DNA of 63,390 nt. It comes from a virus. The notes under the pieces were generated by a model. The model was not told the DNA's origin. It saw only the letters and a program-made list of their open reading frames with translations, and searched no databases. Below are positions 10,339 through 18,731 of this stretch, one piece after another; within the stretch, counting starts at the first letter, position 1; each line of letters opens with the position of its first letter. The stretch spans positions 1 through 63,390 of the IMG/VR virus record IMGVR_UViG_3300019458_000008; one strand, given 5' to 3'. Position numbers and translations under genes: made by a program.

Positions 10339-11553
10339 GTGGCTGCAACTTTCGGTGGCGGGCTGACGACACGCATCGGCGACATCAAGGCGTTCGAGTT
10401 CGCTGCCGGTGGTGGCATCACCAACTTTTCGCTGGTCACATCACCCGCTCCCGACCACGGCACCTACCGCATTAAGGGCGTGGGTGGCAGCGATAAGATG
10501 CTCGTCGGGAGTCACAGCGAGACCTTTACCTGGCTCATCGCCCGGCAAAGCCGACACGACGGCACCCTGAGCAGCGGTGACGCCTTCGATGTCTTCACCG
10601 GATCGAGCAATCCTGGCGGCGACGGGCTTACCACGCTCATCATCGAGCGCGTCTATGCCAGCGCTTCAACTTACAACTATCGGGTTACGACCATCGATGG
10701 CTTTGGCACACGTACAGTCCGAGCCACGGGCACGACGGCCTACTCGACGGGCACCGACTACACGCTCCGGCTGGAAACAAAGCTGACGGGTGGCAGTAAC
10801 GCGACCTTGAAGCTTTGGATCAACGGTACGCTAGAAATCACCGTTTCTGTTACAGCTTCCTTTCTCGGCCAATGGTTCTTGGCCCAGACGAACTGCACGT
10901 CCGCGAAGTTCGCACTCTGGACATTGCCGAGTGTTTGGGGCAGCAACAGCGAGAGCGACCGGCCGGGCGTCGGTGCCCTTGACTGGTGCTCGACCCCTGA
11001 CGGTAATACGTCCGAGACCGATTACGGCGACCAGACGAACTGTGCCATCGCGACGCTTGGCACCTATACCAACTGGGACGATTGGGCGACCGATACGGCC
11101 AACGCCGCCAACGACGCTACTGATTTCAACTGCGGCCCCGCTCTCAACTACCAGGAGAAGTCCACGCTCACCGCGCCAACGATCACGGTGCAGACATCTT
11201 GGGGCGCGTTGGGCCTCTATCGCCAGCGGGCCAACGTTAGCTCGAAGACTATGGACAATTGGTCGCGCTGGACGTACAGCGGGAGCACCGTCGAGGTGCA
11301 GTTGCTGAACATTGCCCTGACTGCGTGGCGCTGCTTTCGCGCCCTCCACACCAGCATCCCTGGCGGCGGCAGCAATCTCTCGCAGGCCATCGTGGATGGC
11401 TCCGAACTGGGGCATCGTGTCGTCAGCACCAACGGGGCTAACGCTGAGGTGTCAACGATAGCGATGATCTGGTTCACCATCGACTCCGATGCGCCAACGT
11501 TTGATGGGTTACCAAGTGCTATACTTGGATCAGCTAACGCGGGAGTATACTAA
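10339..11553 (+). CDS. hypothetical protein, possible LamG-like receptor-binding/accessory protein; G+C-rich relative to neighbours
   Basis: 404-aa ORF with a GTG start, containing ..ATLKLWINGTLEITVS... It has a visibly higher G+C content, and long spurious antisense ORFs (10831-11415, 10931-11308) are typical of GC-rich coding DNA. Confidence 0.7.
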   Translation: MAATFGGGLTTRIGDIKAFEFAAGGGITNFSLVTSPAPDHGTYRIKGVGGSDKMLVGSHSETFTWLIARQSRHDGTLSSGDAFDVFTGSSNPGGDGLTTLIIERVYASASTYNYRVTTIDGFGTRTVRATGTTAYSTGTDYTLRLETKLTGGSNATLKLWINGTLEITVSVTASFLGQWFLAQTNCTSAKFALWTLPSVWGSNSESDRPGVGALDWCSTPDGNTSETDYGDQTNCAIATLGTYTNWDDWATDTANAANDATDFNCGPALNYQEKSTLTAPTITVQTSWGALGLYRQRANVSSKTMDNWSRWTYSGSTVEVQLLNIALTAWRCFRALHTSIPGGGSNLSQAIVDGSELGHRVVSTNGANAEVSTIAMIWFTIDSDAPTFDGLPSAILGSANAGVY

Positions 11554-11655
11554 GATGAATGGTACACCGTTCCAAGTAGTCTGGTTTATGCTACACTTAA
11601 GTAGTGCAATAATGCACATCGGCTCTGCTGTATATCACTTCAAGAGAATCAGAAA

Positions 11656-11898
11656 TTGGTAACACATAAGAACGGTAACGGCCGAATCACATTAGCAGTC
11701 CTGGGCGAGAAGGTTGATAGCCTAGCCCGTACTGTCAATGAGATCAAGGTCGAGCACGATGCCCACGTTGAGGCGGGGCAGTCCGTCGTCACGCGGATCA
11801 CCGTGCTCGAAACAAAGGTTGCGGTACTTATCTGGGGTCTACCCCTGATCCTCTCTGCTATCGCTGTCGGCCTCGGTGTCTTGAACTTCCTTCGCTAG
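11656..11898 (+). CDS. small membrane-anchored protein (C-terminal TM helix)
   Basis: 80 aa with a non-ATG start. The C-terminus VAVLIWGLPLILSAIAVGLGVLNFLR is hydrophobic. It is the last gene of the plus arm. Confidence 0.5.
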   Translation: MVTHKNGNGRITLAVLGEKVDSLARTVNEIKVEHDAHVEAGQSVVTRITVLETKVAVLIWGLPLILSAIAVGLGVLNFLR

Positions 11899-12288
11899 CT
11901 TAGCCTTTGACTTGACGCTCTTCTTAAATGGCCGGGTTGCCCTTGCACGGTCTTGCTTGAACTCCTCAACTCGTGCGTCAATGAGCGTGATCCGTTCCAT
12001 GATATCCTCTAGCACATTGTTGAGTTGGTCCGATAGCCTCTCCTTATCACTGTCCGGGACCCGCTCGGATGCATTACTAAGGTCCAGGTCCTGCAACAGG
12101 CTCGCCGCCTGCTGGAGTAGCCGCTTCTTGGTCTCTTGCAGCTGATTGATATACGTGTCCGGATCAATCATAGCCCTCAGCTGCTCGATCGAATCTGGTG
12201 CTACCTGCCTTGTCATTAGGCGCTTACTCCTTTCCCCTGCCCTCTTCTGGGCGCGTTTACTCTGCTGTTTGGTTGCTCTGATAGACAT
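11839..12288 (-). CDS. hypothetical coiled-coil protein
   Basis: 149-aa charged, helical ORF and the last gene of the minus arm. Its 3' end overlaps 11656-11898 convergently by 60 nt. Confidence 0.55.
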   Translation of the reverse strand: MSIRATKQQSKRAQKRAGERSKRLMTRQVAPDSIEQLRAMIDPDTYINQLQETKKRLLQQAASLLQDLDLSNASERVPDSDKERLSDQLNNVLEDIMERITLIDARVEEFKQDRARATRPFKKSVKSKAKLAKEVQDTEADSDSREDQG

Positions 12289-12523
12289 CGCCGTTCTCCT
12301 CTAGTTTGATATCTTCGTAAGGGGCTGCAATGCGGCGATATAGTTCAAGCTTAGCGCATTCTAGTACCCCGATAACTCGGTTGATTTCCTCGTAGGAAAT
12401 ACCTACATATCCTAGGTAGTGATTGATAAACCGGGTGACGATATAGTTTAGATCTCCTGCGGTATGCGGCATAATAGTGCCAGAGTTAATGGCGTTCCGT
12501 CGTTCAGGCTTGATGTAAGGCAT
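12257..12523 (-). CDS. conserved-looking phage protein of unknown function
   Basis: ORF track gives 12257-12583. The in-frame ATG at 12523 (MPYIKPERRN..) has GGGAGG upstream. Confidence 0.6.
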   Translation of the reverse strand: MPYIKPERRNAINSGTIMPHTAGDLNYIVTRFINHYLGYVGISYEEINRVIGVLECAKLELYRRIAAPYEDIKLEENGDVYQSNQTAE

Positions 12524-12536
12524 TAGTCGATCCTCC

Positions 12537-13034
12537 CTAGAATATCCGAATATCCTCCAGCCTCTCCCTAGAATATCCCCCATCCTCAGGTCGGAGATTC
12601 AACAATATCCTCAGAGCGTTAAGTCCTTCATGTAGACTATCGACTACAATCCAGGCTGCCTGCCGGACAAACGGATGCTCGTGGACATCCCCCTCCTTCA
12701 TGACGATCACCACTGGAATATTGTAGGCCGTTGCCCACGCCATCTCGAAGCACGTCCCAATGCTGATCTCCTTAGCTCCGAGTAGGTAGACAAGGATTGC
12801 ATCGGCTGTTCGAACATCCCACCGGTCGCGGATATAGATTGCCTGGCTACTGGACATCTTATCCCCTACCGCACCGGGGATAACATCCAGGTCCCGTAGA
12901 TACTCCTTCCCGCGCATGGGCGAGAAGATATCACACTCAGGTAGCGCTGACTCGGCCGCTAACCGCCACTCATTTGCCTGATCGTACGTCAAGCCCCTCA
13001 TCGGGCCGGCAACGTAGATCTTAGGACGCCCCAT
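12537..13034 (-). CDS. nucleoside 2-deoxyribosyltransferase-like protein
   Basis: N-terminus KIYVAGPMRG and ..SIGTCFEMAWATAYNIPVVIV.. match the NDT/Rcl family pattern. Confidence 0.65.
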   Translation of the reverse strand: MGRPKIYVAGPMRGLTYDQANEWRLAAESALPECDIFSPMRGKEYLRDLDVIPGAVGDKMSSSQAIYIRDRWDVRTADAILVYLLGAKEISIGTCFEMAWATAYNIPVVIVMKEGDVHEHPFVRQAAWIVVDSLHEGLNALRILLNLRPEDGGYSRERLEDIRIF

Positions 13035-13398
13035 CTAGGTCCTCCTTTCGGGCCTGTAGGATCTCCCGAATCTCACCTTGGGCGAGGATCGTGTTCGGCC
13101 GGTTATCGACCCCGATCCCCCGCCGTTCGTAAACTAGTAGCGTAAAGGCACACCAGGCGACAGCCGCCAGGTGATGCTGGCCATCCTCCTTGTCAAAGCT
13201 TTCGCCCTGCCAGAAGGCCTGTAGATGACGTACCATTGCCCCATAGATGCGGTTCCAGTCCATGCCACGCAGGTAGTTGTTATCACCATACTTTGTGGCA
13301 CCAATCGTGTACACTTCCGCCAGGGCCTCCAAGGCCTCCGGCGGAAGCAGGTCGTATCGCAACTTTTCGGTGTCGTGCTTGACCCCTGCTTCCGCCAT
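13021..13398 (-). CDS. dATP/dGTP diphosphohydrolase N-terminal-domain-like protein
   Basis: KHDTEKLRYDLLPPEALEALAEVYTIGATKYGDNNY matches the K(H/Y)DxxKxxxxLLPxxAL..GAxKYxxxN(W/Y) phage family pattern. Confidence 0.55.
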   Translation of the reverse strand: MAEAGVKHDTEKLRYDLLPPEALEALAEVYTIGATKYGDNNYLRGMDWNRIYGAMVRHLQAFWQGESFDKEDGQHHLAAVAWCAFTLLVYERRGIGVDNRPNTILAQGEIREILQARKEDLDGAS

Positions 13399-13434
13399 AG
13401 GTTAGTAATACCTCCATTCCTACGATAATATCAT

Positions 13435-13617
13435 CTACGATCGTAGGTCGTTTGCACCCTCAACGAGGATGTAGATTGCTGACACGACGTAGCCTGCCAG
13501 CTCGACTTCCTGTGCTGCATCGATCACGCCAGTTGTAGAGAGGATTGCAGTGGCGAATGCCGCCGCAGCTGCAATAAACTTACGGGACGTGAACCGACGT
13601 AGGATATCCTCAGCCAT
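13435..13617 (-). CDS. putative holin-like small membrane protein
   Basis: In-frame ATG at 13617 gives a 60-aa protein, MAEDILRRFTSRKFIAAAAAFATAILSTTG..AGYVVSAIYILVEG, with two hydrophobic segments. It lies in the lysis neighbourhood. Confidence 0.5.
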   Translation of the reverse strand: MAEDILRRFTSRKFIAAAAAFATAILSTTGVIDAAQEVELAGYVVSAIYILVEGANDLRS

Positions 13618-14062
13618 GGTCTTCACCTCCTTTCTGATGATGATATTGTCGGGCTTCTTCCATAGCCGCTTCAATTGTATCATACTCCTGGATGCGGTAA
13701 CCACAGACATCATCGACACCATCTAAGTCAAGTGGGTTCTTGGGGTAGGTACTACAGAGGGTCGGTCGCGCTGGTGTACCATAGACGCCACACCGCTTAT
13801 CGTCGGTCAGCTCCGTACAAGCCAGTGGGATCTTAGCAGCCAGCCAATCGCCGCTCTCGTAGATCTCTATACCGTGCAGCTTAGCCCAGTAGATGAAGTC
13901 TGCCAACTTCTCCTGGGGTGCCCGTCGCAGGCGCGGGTCCAGGGGTAGCGTAAGGAACTCACAACAGGCCCCACAGTCAGCCAGGCAGCCGCCGGTCCGA
14001 AGATAGATGTCCTCCCCCTTCCGGAGGACTACCGGCTCCCCGTCTGTAATATGGGTATCCAT
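13610..14062 (-). CDS. YkgJ/UPF0153-like cysteine-cluster (putative Fe/Zn-binding) protein
   Basis: CLADCGACCEF cluster plus later ..DDKRCGVYGTPARPTLCSTYP.., as in CxxCxxCC-family proteins. Confidence 0.55.
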   Translation of the reverse strand: MDTHITDGEPVVLRKGEDIYLRTGGCLADCGACCEFLTLPLDPRLRRAPQEKLADFIYWAKLHGIEIYESGDWLAAKIPLACTELTDDKRCGVYGTPARPTLCSTYPKNPLDLDGVDDVCGYRIQEYDTIEAAMEEARQYHHQKGGEDHG

Positions 14063-14838
14063 TATGGGTGTGCAGCGATGAACGCTAGCTTATCAATGGC
14101 AACAGTGACTGGGTTAACGCCCCGTAGGGCACAGGCCTTTAGATACTTGAGCGTACCTAGACGTTGGGACCGGGATAGCGTATTAATGCGCCCGGGATTA
14201 CCCCGCCGTGCAGTAGCAATATATCGCAGCTCGTCTATGTTCTGTCCATCAACTAGCCGCCCGTGCTCTACTATCTGCGCCTCTGCATATTCATAGATCG
14301 ATGTAGCAAACTGTCGGTTCCGCGCTTCTGGATCCACTTCGAATTCCTCCTTGTTCCATGATACTGGCGTACTGAATAGGGTGACCTCGGCCCGCCGGCG
14401 GTTGATCAGCCCCTGCCACGGGACCCCGTTTACGTTGACGAACCTGAGCATCTCTTGGGTAGCTCGGCCAAAGTCTCCAGACTGGAGAGCGTTCTTCAAG
14501 CTGGGTGATCTGTCAAAGATTCCCGCGCCGAGATTATAGGCAAAGGATGTCAGCGCATCAAATTGGTTCTGGTTGAGCGCAATCCCGAGTCGCAGGACAG
14601 CCGCTGCATATCGCTCTACATCATAGGCCAGCATGTGGAGGCCTTGAGTAATAGAGAGCCCTGACCATTGATCGAAATCTAACGCCGTACAGGAGCCATA
14701 ATGCAACAGCCTTCCAAAGGCTACGGTACAGTGTCCATCTCCGGCGTCATACGGCCGGTCACGAAAGCCTTCAAACGAGGCAATGAAGTTCAGTCCATAT
14801 TGACTGATACGTGTTGCATTGACGGCCATGACGGCCAT
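14062..14838 (-). CDS. endolysin, GH24 lysozyme-type N-terminal domain plus about 100-aa C-terminal extension
   Basis: ..LNFIASFEGFRDRPYDAGDGHCTVAFG.. and ..ALTSFAYNLGAG.. are the T4/lambda-type lysozyme motifs. Confidence 0.85.
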   Translation of the reverse strand: MAVMAVNATRISQYGLNFIASFEGFRDRPYDAGDGHCTVAFGRLLHYGSCTALDFDQWSGLSITQGLHMLAYDVERYAAAVLRLGIALNQNQFDALTSFAYNLGAGIFDRSPSLKNALQSGDFGRATQEMLRFVNVNGVPWQGLINRRRAEVTLFSTPVSWNKEEFEVDPEARNRQFATSIYEYAEAQIVEHGRLVDGQNIDELRYIATARRGNPGRINTLSRSQRLGTLKYLKACALRGVNPVTVAIDKLAFIAAHP

Positions 14839-14839
14839 G

Positions 14840-14935
14840 TTACCCCCTAATCAGGTGATACAAGAAGATCGCAGTCGTGGCTCCGACACTACCGATGAGC
14901 CCATTGACCAGGCTTTCCTTGAGGACATCAATCAT
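14840..14935 (-). CDS. 31-aa hydrophobic peptide (lysis accessory candidate)
   Basis: Not in the ORF track because it is under 60 aa. Sequence is MIDVLKESLVNGLIGSVGATTAIFLYHLIRG. It fills exactly the gap between the exonuclease stop (14937) and the endolysin start (14838). Confidence 0.5.
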   Translation of the reverse strand: MIDVLKESLVNGLIGSVGATTAIFLYHLIRG

Positions 14936-14936
14936 A

Positions 14937-15770
14937 TTAATAGGTCGCCCCGTACCGCCGCAACCGAGTGGCGCCAATATTGATGAAACCACGTAGCTTA
15001 TCGAATGCATCTTCGAGGATCGCCACGTCCTTGATACAGTGGTCTACGATGTAGTCGAGAGCTTCCTCGTCCCCCTGAAGTGCACGACGCCAGATACCTG
15101 GAAGGATACGCGTCTTTTGTGGGCTGTTTAGAATTGCTTCCTCGACATTCTGCAACCTATTTCTGTTCAGCCGCAGCCGATGACGGACTGTATAGTACAG
15201 GTCAATGTGCCGGATTTCATCGATCGGTTTCTCATTATGAATGATCAACCGTGTATTCAGGTACGGGATATCGAACTTCGTGCCGTAGTAGGTGACCACA
15301 TAGTCTGCCTCTTCGATGGCATTCCTGATATTCAGGATACATTGTGGCTCATCAGCATCACCATGAGCTACGAACGTGTGTGTCTCGCCCCCTCGTTCCT
15401 TGATGCATCCGACCATGATAAGGCCAAAGTCAGCCGCCAAGTCGAAGGTCTCTAGGTCGAACATGACGATCTTACTGTTGTTGACCAGCCACTCATTCTT
15501 CGCCTGGGTAAGCTTTGCCTTCCCTTCCTTACGCTCTTCCTGTAGCTTCCAGACTTCCTCAGGATTAATGTCCTCGGCCGTCAGCCTCTTCCGCGCATTC
15601 TCTGCCTTTCGCTTGCATCGATGCTCTGGACAGTAGCGGGCATTGTGAGAACCCGGATCGAACTCACAGCAGAAATCATGGGCGCACCAACGCTTAGGCG
15701 TTGTTGCCATTAGTAGGCTCCTTTCCATTGTCTGGTGCGACGAAGTAGTATGGCCCTGACTCGTCTCCAT
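14937..15770 (-). CDS. RNase H-like 3'-5' exonuclease (YprB/PolB-exo-like) with N-terminal Cys/His motif
   Basis: VMFDLETFDL (DxE), ..YYGTKFDIPYL.. and ..HCIKDV... The probable real start is MATTPKRWCAHDFCCEF at about 15710. Confidence 0.7.
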   Translation of the reverse strand: METSQGHTTSSHQTMERSLLMATTPKRWCAHDFCCEFDPGSHNARYCPEHRCKRKAENARKRLTAEDINPEEVWKLQEERKEGKAKLTQAKNEWLVNNSKIVMFDLETFDLAADFGLIMVGCIKERGGETHTFVAHGDADEPQCILNIRNAIEEADYVVTYYGTKFDIPYLNTRLIIHNEKPIDEIRHIDLYYTVRHRLRLNRNRLQNVEEAILNSPQKTRILPGIWRRALQGDEEALDYIVDHCIKDVAILEDAFDKLRGFINIGATRLRRYGATY

Positions 15771-16209
15771 TGAGGTGTAGGAAGATTGATGTCAATGTGT
15801 CAACGACCGTCTCTTCTGCATTATGGATCGCGTCCTGTATCGTACCAGAATGACCTATATGGGTAATTATCACCTCGTTAATTGTTACAAAGAATGCGTG
15901 GGCCAACTCATGAACAACCAACCGCTCTAGCTCCTGACCATCTTCGTGAAGGTCAATCTGCGACCGGGCAAAGCCAATGGTAATAGTCCGATAGTAGGGG
16001 CCAGCATCCATAGATGCGGCAGTTGGCTTGTTGGAATTCGTACCCAGATTATCAACTAACGTGAATTTGATTTCCCAGTTCTGTAATTGGAGGAGCGGTA
16101 TCCACTTCTCCAGTAGGGGAGCCAGCCGTTCCCGGCGCTGCTCGTCCGTTACCTCCGTCTTCGGTGCTTCCATCCGAGGCATCCTGATCGCCAATGTGTC
16201 CTCCTTCAA
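15694..16209 (-). CDS. hypothetical protein with HExxH metallopeptidase motif
   Basis: ..LVVHELAHAFFV... A strong AAGGAGG sits at the listed start, and an alternative TTG/ATG start lies a few codons in. Confidence 0.55.
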   Translation of the reverse strand: MKEDTLAIRMPRMEAPKTEVTDEQRRERLAPLLEKWIPLLQLQNWEIKFTLVDNLGTNSNKPTAASMDAGPYYRTITIGFARSQIDLHEDGQELERLVVHELAHAFFVTINEVIITHIGHSGTIQDAIHNAEETVVDTLTSIFLHLNGDESGPYYFVAPDNGKEPTNGNNA

Positions 16210-16459
16210 GTGCTAGAAGCTGGTCCCAGATGCGACAATATCGCAGGTACCGCACAGAATCAGCAGAAATCCGCAAGCGATCAATCACATTAACAATATC
16301 ATTGATATCATCGCCCGCTACTGGCCTACCAAGGATTATATTTCGGGTTAGATAGACATCCCTATACTCTAATGATAGCACATAGGAGACGGCTAGCCAA
16401 CCCGGGTCACCCCGCTCGACAGCCCACAGTTCGCCGTACTCATCGGTCACTAATATCAT
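16052..16459 (-). CDS. hypothetical protein (3' third overlaps next gene out of frame)
   Basis: 135-aa ORF. Residues 1-83 look protein-like. The tail after ..LLALEGG is low-complexity and overlaps 15694-16209. Confidence 0.45.
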   Translation of the reverse strand: MILVTDEYGELWAVERGDPGWLAVSYVLSLEYRDVYLTRNIILGRPVAGDDINDIVNVIDRLRISADSVRYLRYCRIWDQLLALEGGHIGDQDASDGSTEDGGNGRAAPGTAGSPTGEVDTAPPITELGNQIHVS

Positions 16460-16462
16460 CGG

Positions 16463-17176
16463 TTACCAGTGGAAGCGGATCTGCTCCGCATAGGCAAGAT
16501 CATCATCGTCCTCATCGAAGCTGCACGGGCAGGCACCTCCGATATCCGCATCAAGTATATCACATACTCCCAGGTGAAGCGGGTGCGGACATCCCCGGCA
16601 CTGCTGAGCCTCATATCCCTTCCCGTAGGGATCTCCGATTGGCGCATGGGGACTAGACAGCATCGTCCATCCCTCACGTGTCCGGCCGGGATGGCTAAAC
16701 AGTTCGAGGTAAGGGCCAGGTGATAGCTGTTCGATATCCGGATATATCTCTGGTGGCTTAACGCTGTGCCCTCGATAGGGGTACTCGAAGTAGGTACTCA
16801 GGCCGCCGAGTACGCCCCGTGCTCCGGGCGACTTCGGGTTGCCCCGGACGCCTAACAAGAGGTGTTCCGTCTGGCTCCGGAGCCACCAGCCAATCCCAAT
16901 GCGTCTCTTGTTCCATGTCCGAAGGCTCTTATACTGGAAGCCCCAGGACTTCATGACCATCAATGCTTCCGGTAGATGGGGATTTGTCGTCCATAGCCAC
17001 AGGTGACACTCGTCGGCTAGCTTACCCTCAAGCTGATCACCAATCTCATATATCTCCTCGATGGTCATCGTATCATAGACCAGCTTACGCATGGCACCGC
17101 CAGTCCGCAGAGACCACGGTGGGTCGGCAACGACCGTCTCGTATTGCTGACTAGGAATTCTGAATCGTAGCCGCAC
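16463..17176 (-). CDS. MT-A70 family N6-adenine DNA methyltransferase
   Basis: ..TVVADPPWSL.. (DPPW), ..HLWLWTTN.., ..WGFQYKS..W.K...G.G.W.R...E.LL.G.RG. Confidence 0.85.
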   Translation of the reverse strand: MRLRFRIPSQQYETVVADPPWSLRTGGAMRKLVYDTMTIEEIYEIGDQLEGKLADECHLWLWTTNPHLPEALMVMKSWGFQYKSLRTWNKRRIGIGWWLRSQTEHLLLGVRGNPKSPGARGVLGGLSTYFEYPYRGHSVKPPEIYPDIEQLSPGPYLELFSHPGRTREGWTMLSSPHAPIGDPYGKGYEAQQCRGCPHPLHLGVCDILDADIGGACPCSFDEDDDDLAYAEQIRFHW

Positions 17177-17888
17177 CGTAGTCCGCCTTCATCTGTTCGC
17201 TGATATCATAGGCCCGCTTACCAAACCGGCGCTTGCCATCCAGCTTCAGTTCGGCAATCATATCTGGATGCTTAGTAAACATGGCAACTACATCTTCAAA
17301 TGATCCGTAATTCGATAGCAGGGTTTCCGCCGACTGAGCGCTCAGGCCCTTGAACGCACACAGGCTCCACACAGTATCCTTGTACGCTGGGTCAATGGCA
17401 ATGACGTTCGGCCGCTCTCTCGATTGAATCCACTTATGCTCGTCCTTTGATAGGCTGCCGACTAGGCGGGCAATCTCTCGGGCTGCATCACCGCTAATGC
17501 ATTCGTGGAATATCAGTCCCATCCATTTCAAGTCGAGGAGCATCCCAGTAAACGAGTCCCATGACCAACCCGACTCATGCCAGCCGCCGTTAGCCTCGTA
17601 GGTCACGACCCCTGATGTTGAGTAATCATACCGGCCTTCGATTAGTATCATAGCCACATCGTATTCGTCAATCAGTTTGTGGGCCTGGGCAATCATCCGC
17701 CCATCTCGCAGGCTGTTGAGCAGGTCATCGATACGCTTACGTTCGATGCCCACCTTCAGACCATGAGGCAAGAACAGATAGTCGCCAGCCGTCAGGGCAG
17801 CCGTCATGACTGTTAGACGATACGATGCCAACTGGTCGATGATATACTTTGGTTCCCGGGTATCGACTACGATAACCTGTTCGCCCAT
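17151..17888 (-). CDS. ERCC4/XPF-Mus81-type structure-specific nuclease
   Basis: ..VVDTREP.., ..AGDYLF.., ..VGIERKRIDDLLNSL.. form the ERCC4 signature (GDx..ERK). Confidence 0.75.
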   Translation of the reverse strand: MGEQVIVVDTREPKYIIDQLASYRLTVMTAALTAGDYLFLPHGLKVGIERKRIDDLLNSLRDGRMIAQAHKLIDEYDVAMILIEGRYDYSTSGVVTYEANGGWHESGWSWDSFTGMLLDLKWMGLIFHECISGDAAREIARLVGSLSKDEHKWIQSRERPNVIAIDPAYKDTVWSLCAFKGLSAQSAETLLSNYGSFEDVVAMFTKHPDMIAELKLDGKRRFGKRAYDISEQMKADYGAATIQNS

Positions 17889-17894
17889 TATCCC

Positions 17895-18731
17895 CTACCA
17901 GTACGCCCCCTTCCCAGTATACAAGCTATACACGGTATTGAAGTTCGGGTTCTCCATGACGAACCCTTCGAGGCCAGTATTCGCACTGAACTTGATGAAC
18001 CTGCCCATGTGCTTCCGGCCCTGATGGCCCGGCTGCTTGGACATGCATTCCTCGGACCCGCAGGCCACGCAGACCTTGAACAGGTCAAGCCGGACCTCAA
18101 CTAGATACGGAACCTTCCGGTTTATCTGCGCCGAGAATGATCCGGTGATGGGGCCACTGGCACCCCAGTCCTGGCGCTTGCGGTGGGTAATCGCAAAGAA
18201 CACGTTCTGGTTCTTGATCCAGTTGATGACCCCATTGACAATCAGGTTACCCTGCATGTATTCCAGACCTCCGGTCTTCTTACCACCCGAGGACTCGCGC
18301 TTCTCCTGCTCGGGAGCAACGTAGCACTCTTGGATTACTTCCCACCATGAGGACCCGCTGTCGAGGATGAACGTGCCACCTTCCATAGCATTATCGGCTA
18401 GGTGGGCCTTGGCAATTGCGGACAGGGCCTTCAATGATTCGTAGCCCTCTGCCCGTGTCCAGCCCTCGCTCGTCTTCGCATGGAAGTCGTACAAGTGAAC
18501 CTGCTTCCGGCGCTCTTCGTCCATATTATACAAAAACCATTGAGCATCTCGGTCTCCGAAGTTGACGTGGACTATAGGCGTCGGCATCGTCGTCAGTGTA
18601 AACTGTGTCTTGCCGGTTGCCTCTAGCCCCTCGACGGAGATCGAGAAGGGCTTCGGTCGCGCCGCTGACGGGTCGAAGTCCGCACCGCTGATGCCGCCGT
18701 ACTGACTCCGAACGTCTTCAATAGTTGTCAT
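17895..18731 (-). CDS. RecA-like/AAA P-loop ATPase (Sak4-like candidate) with C-terminal Cys motif
   Basis: Walker A GLEATGKT, Walker B-like TFILDSGS, and ..CVACGSEEC.. Confidence 0.6.
   Translation of the reverse strand: MTTIEDVRSQYGGISGADFDPSAARPKPFSISVEGLEATGKTQFTLTTMPTPIVHVNFGDRDAQWFLYNMDEERRKQVHLYDFHAKTSEGWTRAEGYESLKALSAIAKAHLADNAMEGGTFILDSGSSWWEVIQECYVAPEQEKRESSGGKKTGGLEYMQGNLIVNGVINWIKNQNVFFAITHRKRQDWGASGPITGSFSAQINRKVPYLVEVRLDLFKVCVACGSEECMSKQPGHQGRKHMGRFIKFSANTGLEGFVMENPNFNTVYSLYTGKGAYW

Noticed and set aside
10831-11415. 194-aa minus-strand ORF and 125-aa alternate-frame ORF inside 10339-11553
   Set aside because: These are typical shadow ORFs of GC-rich coding sequence. They are Arg/Ala/Gly/Pro-rich and sit on the wrong strand for this arm.
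15694-16459. Frameshift fusion between 16052-16459 and 15694-16209
   Set aside because: A strong AAGGAGG followed by TTG/ATG starts explains independent initiation of the downstream gene. The upstream ORF tail after the overlap point is low-complexity. No slippery site was seen.
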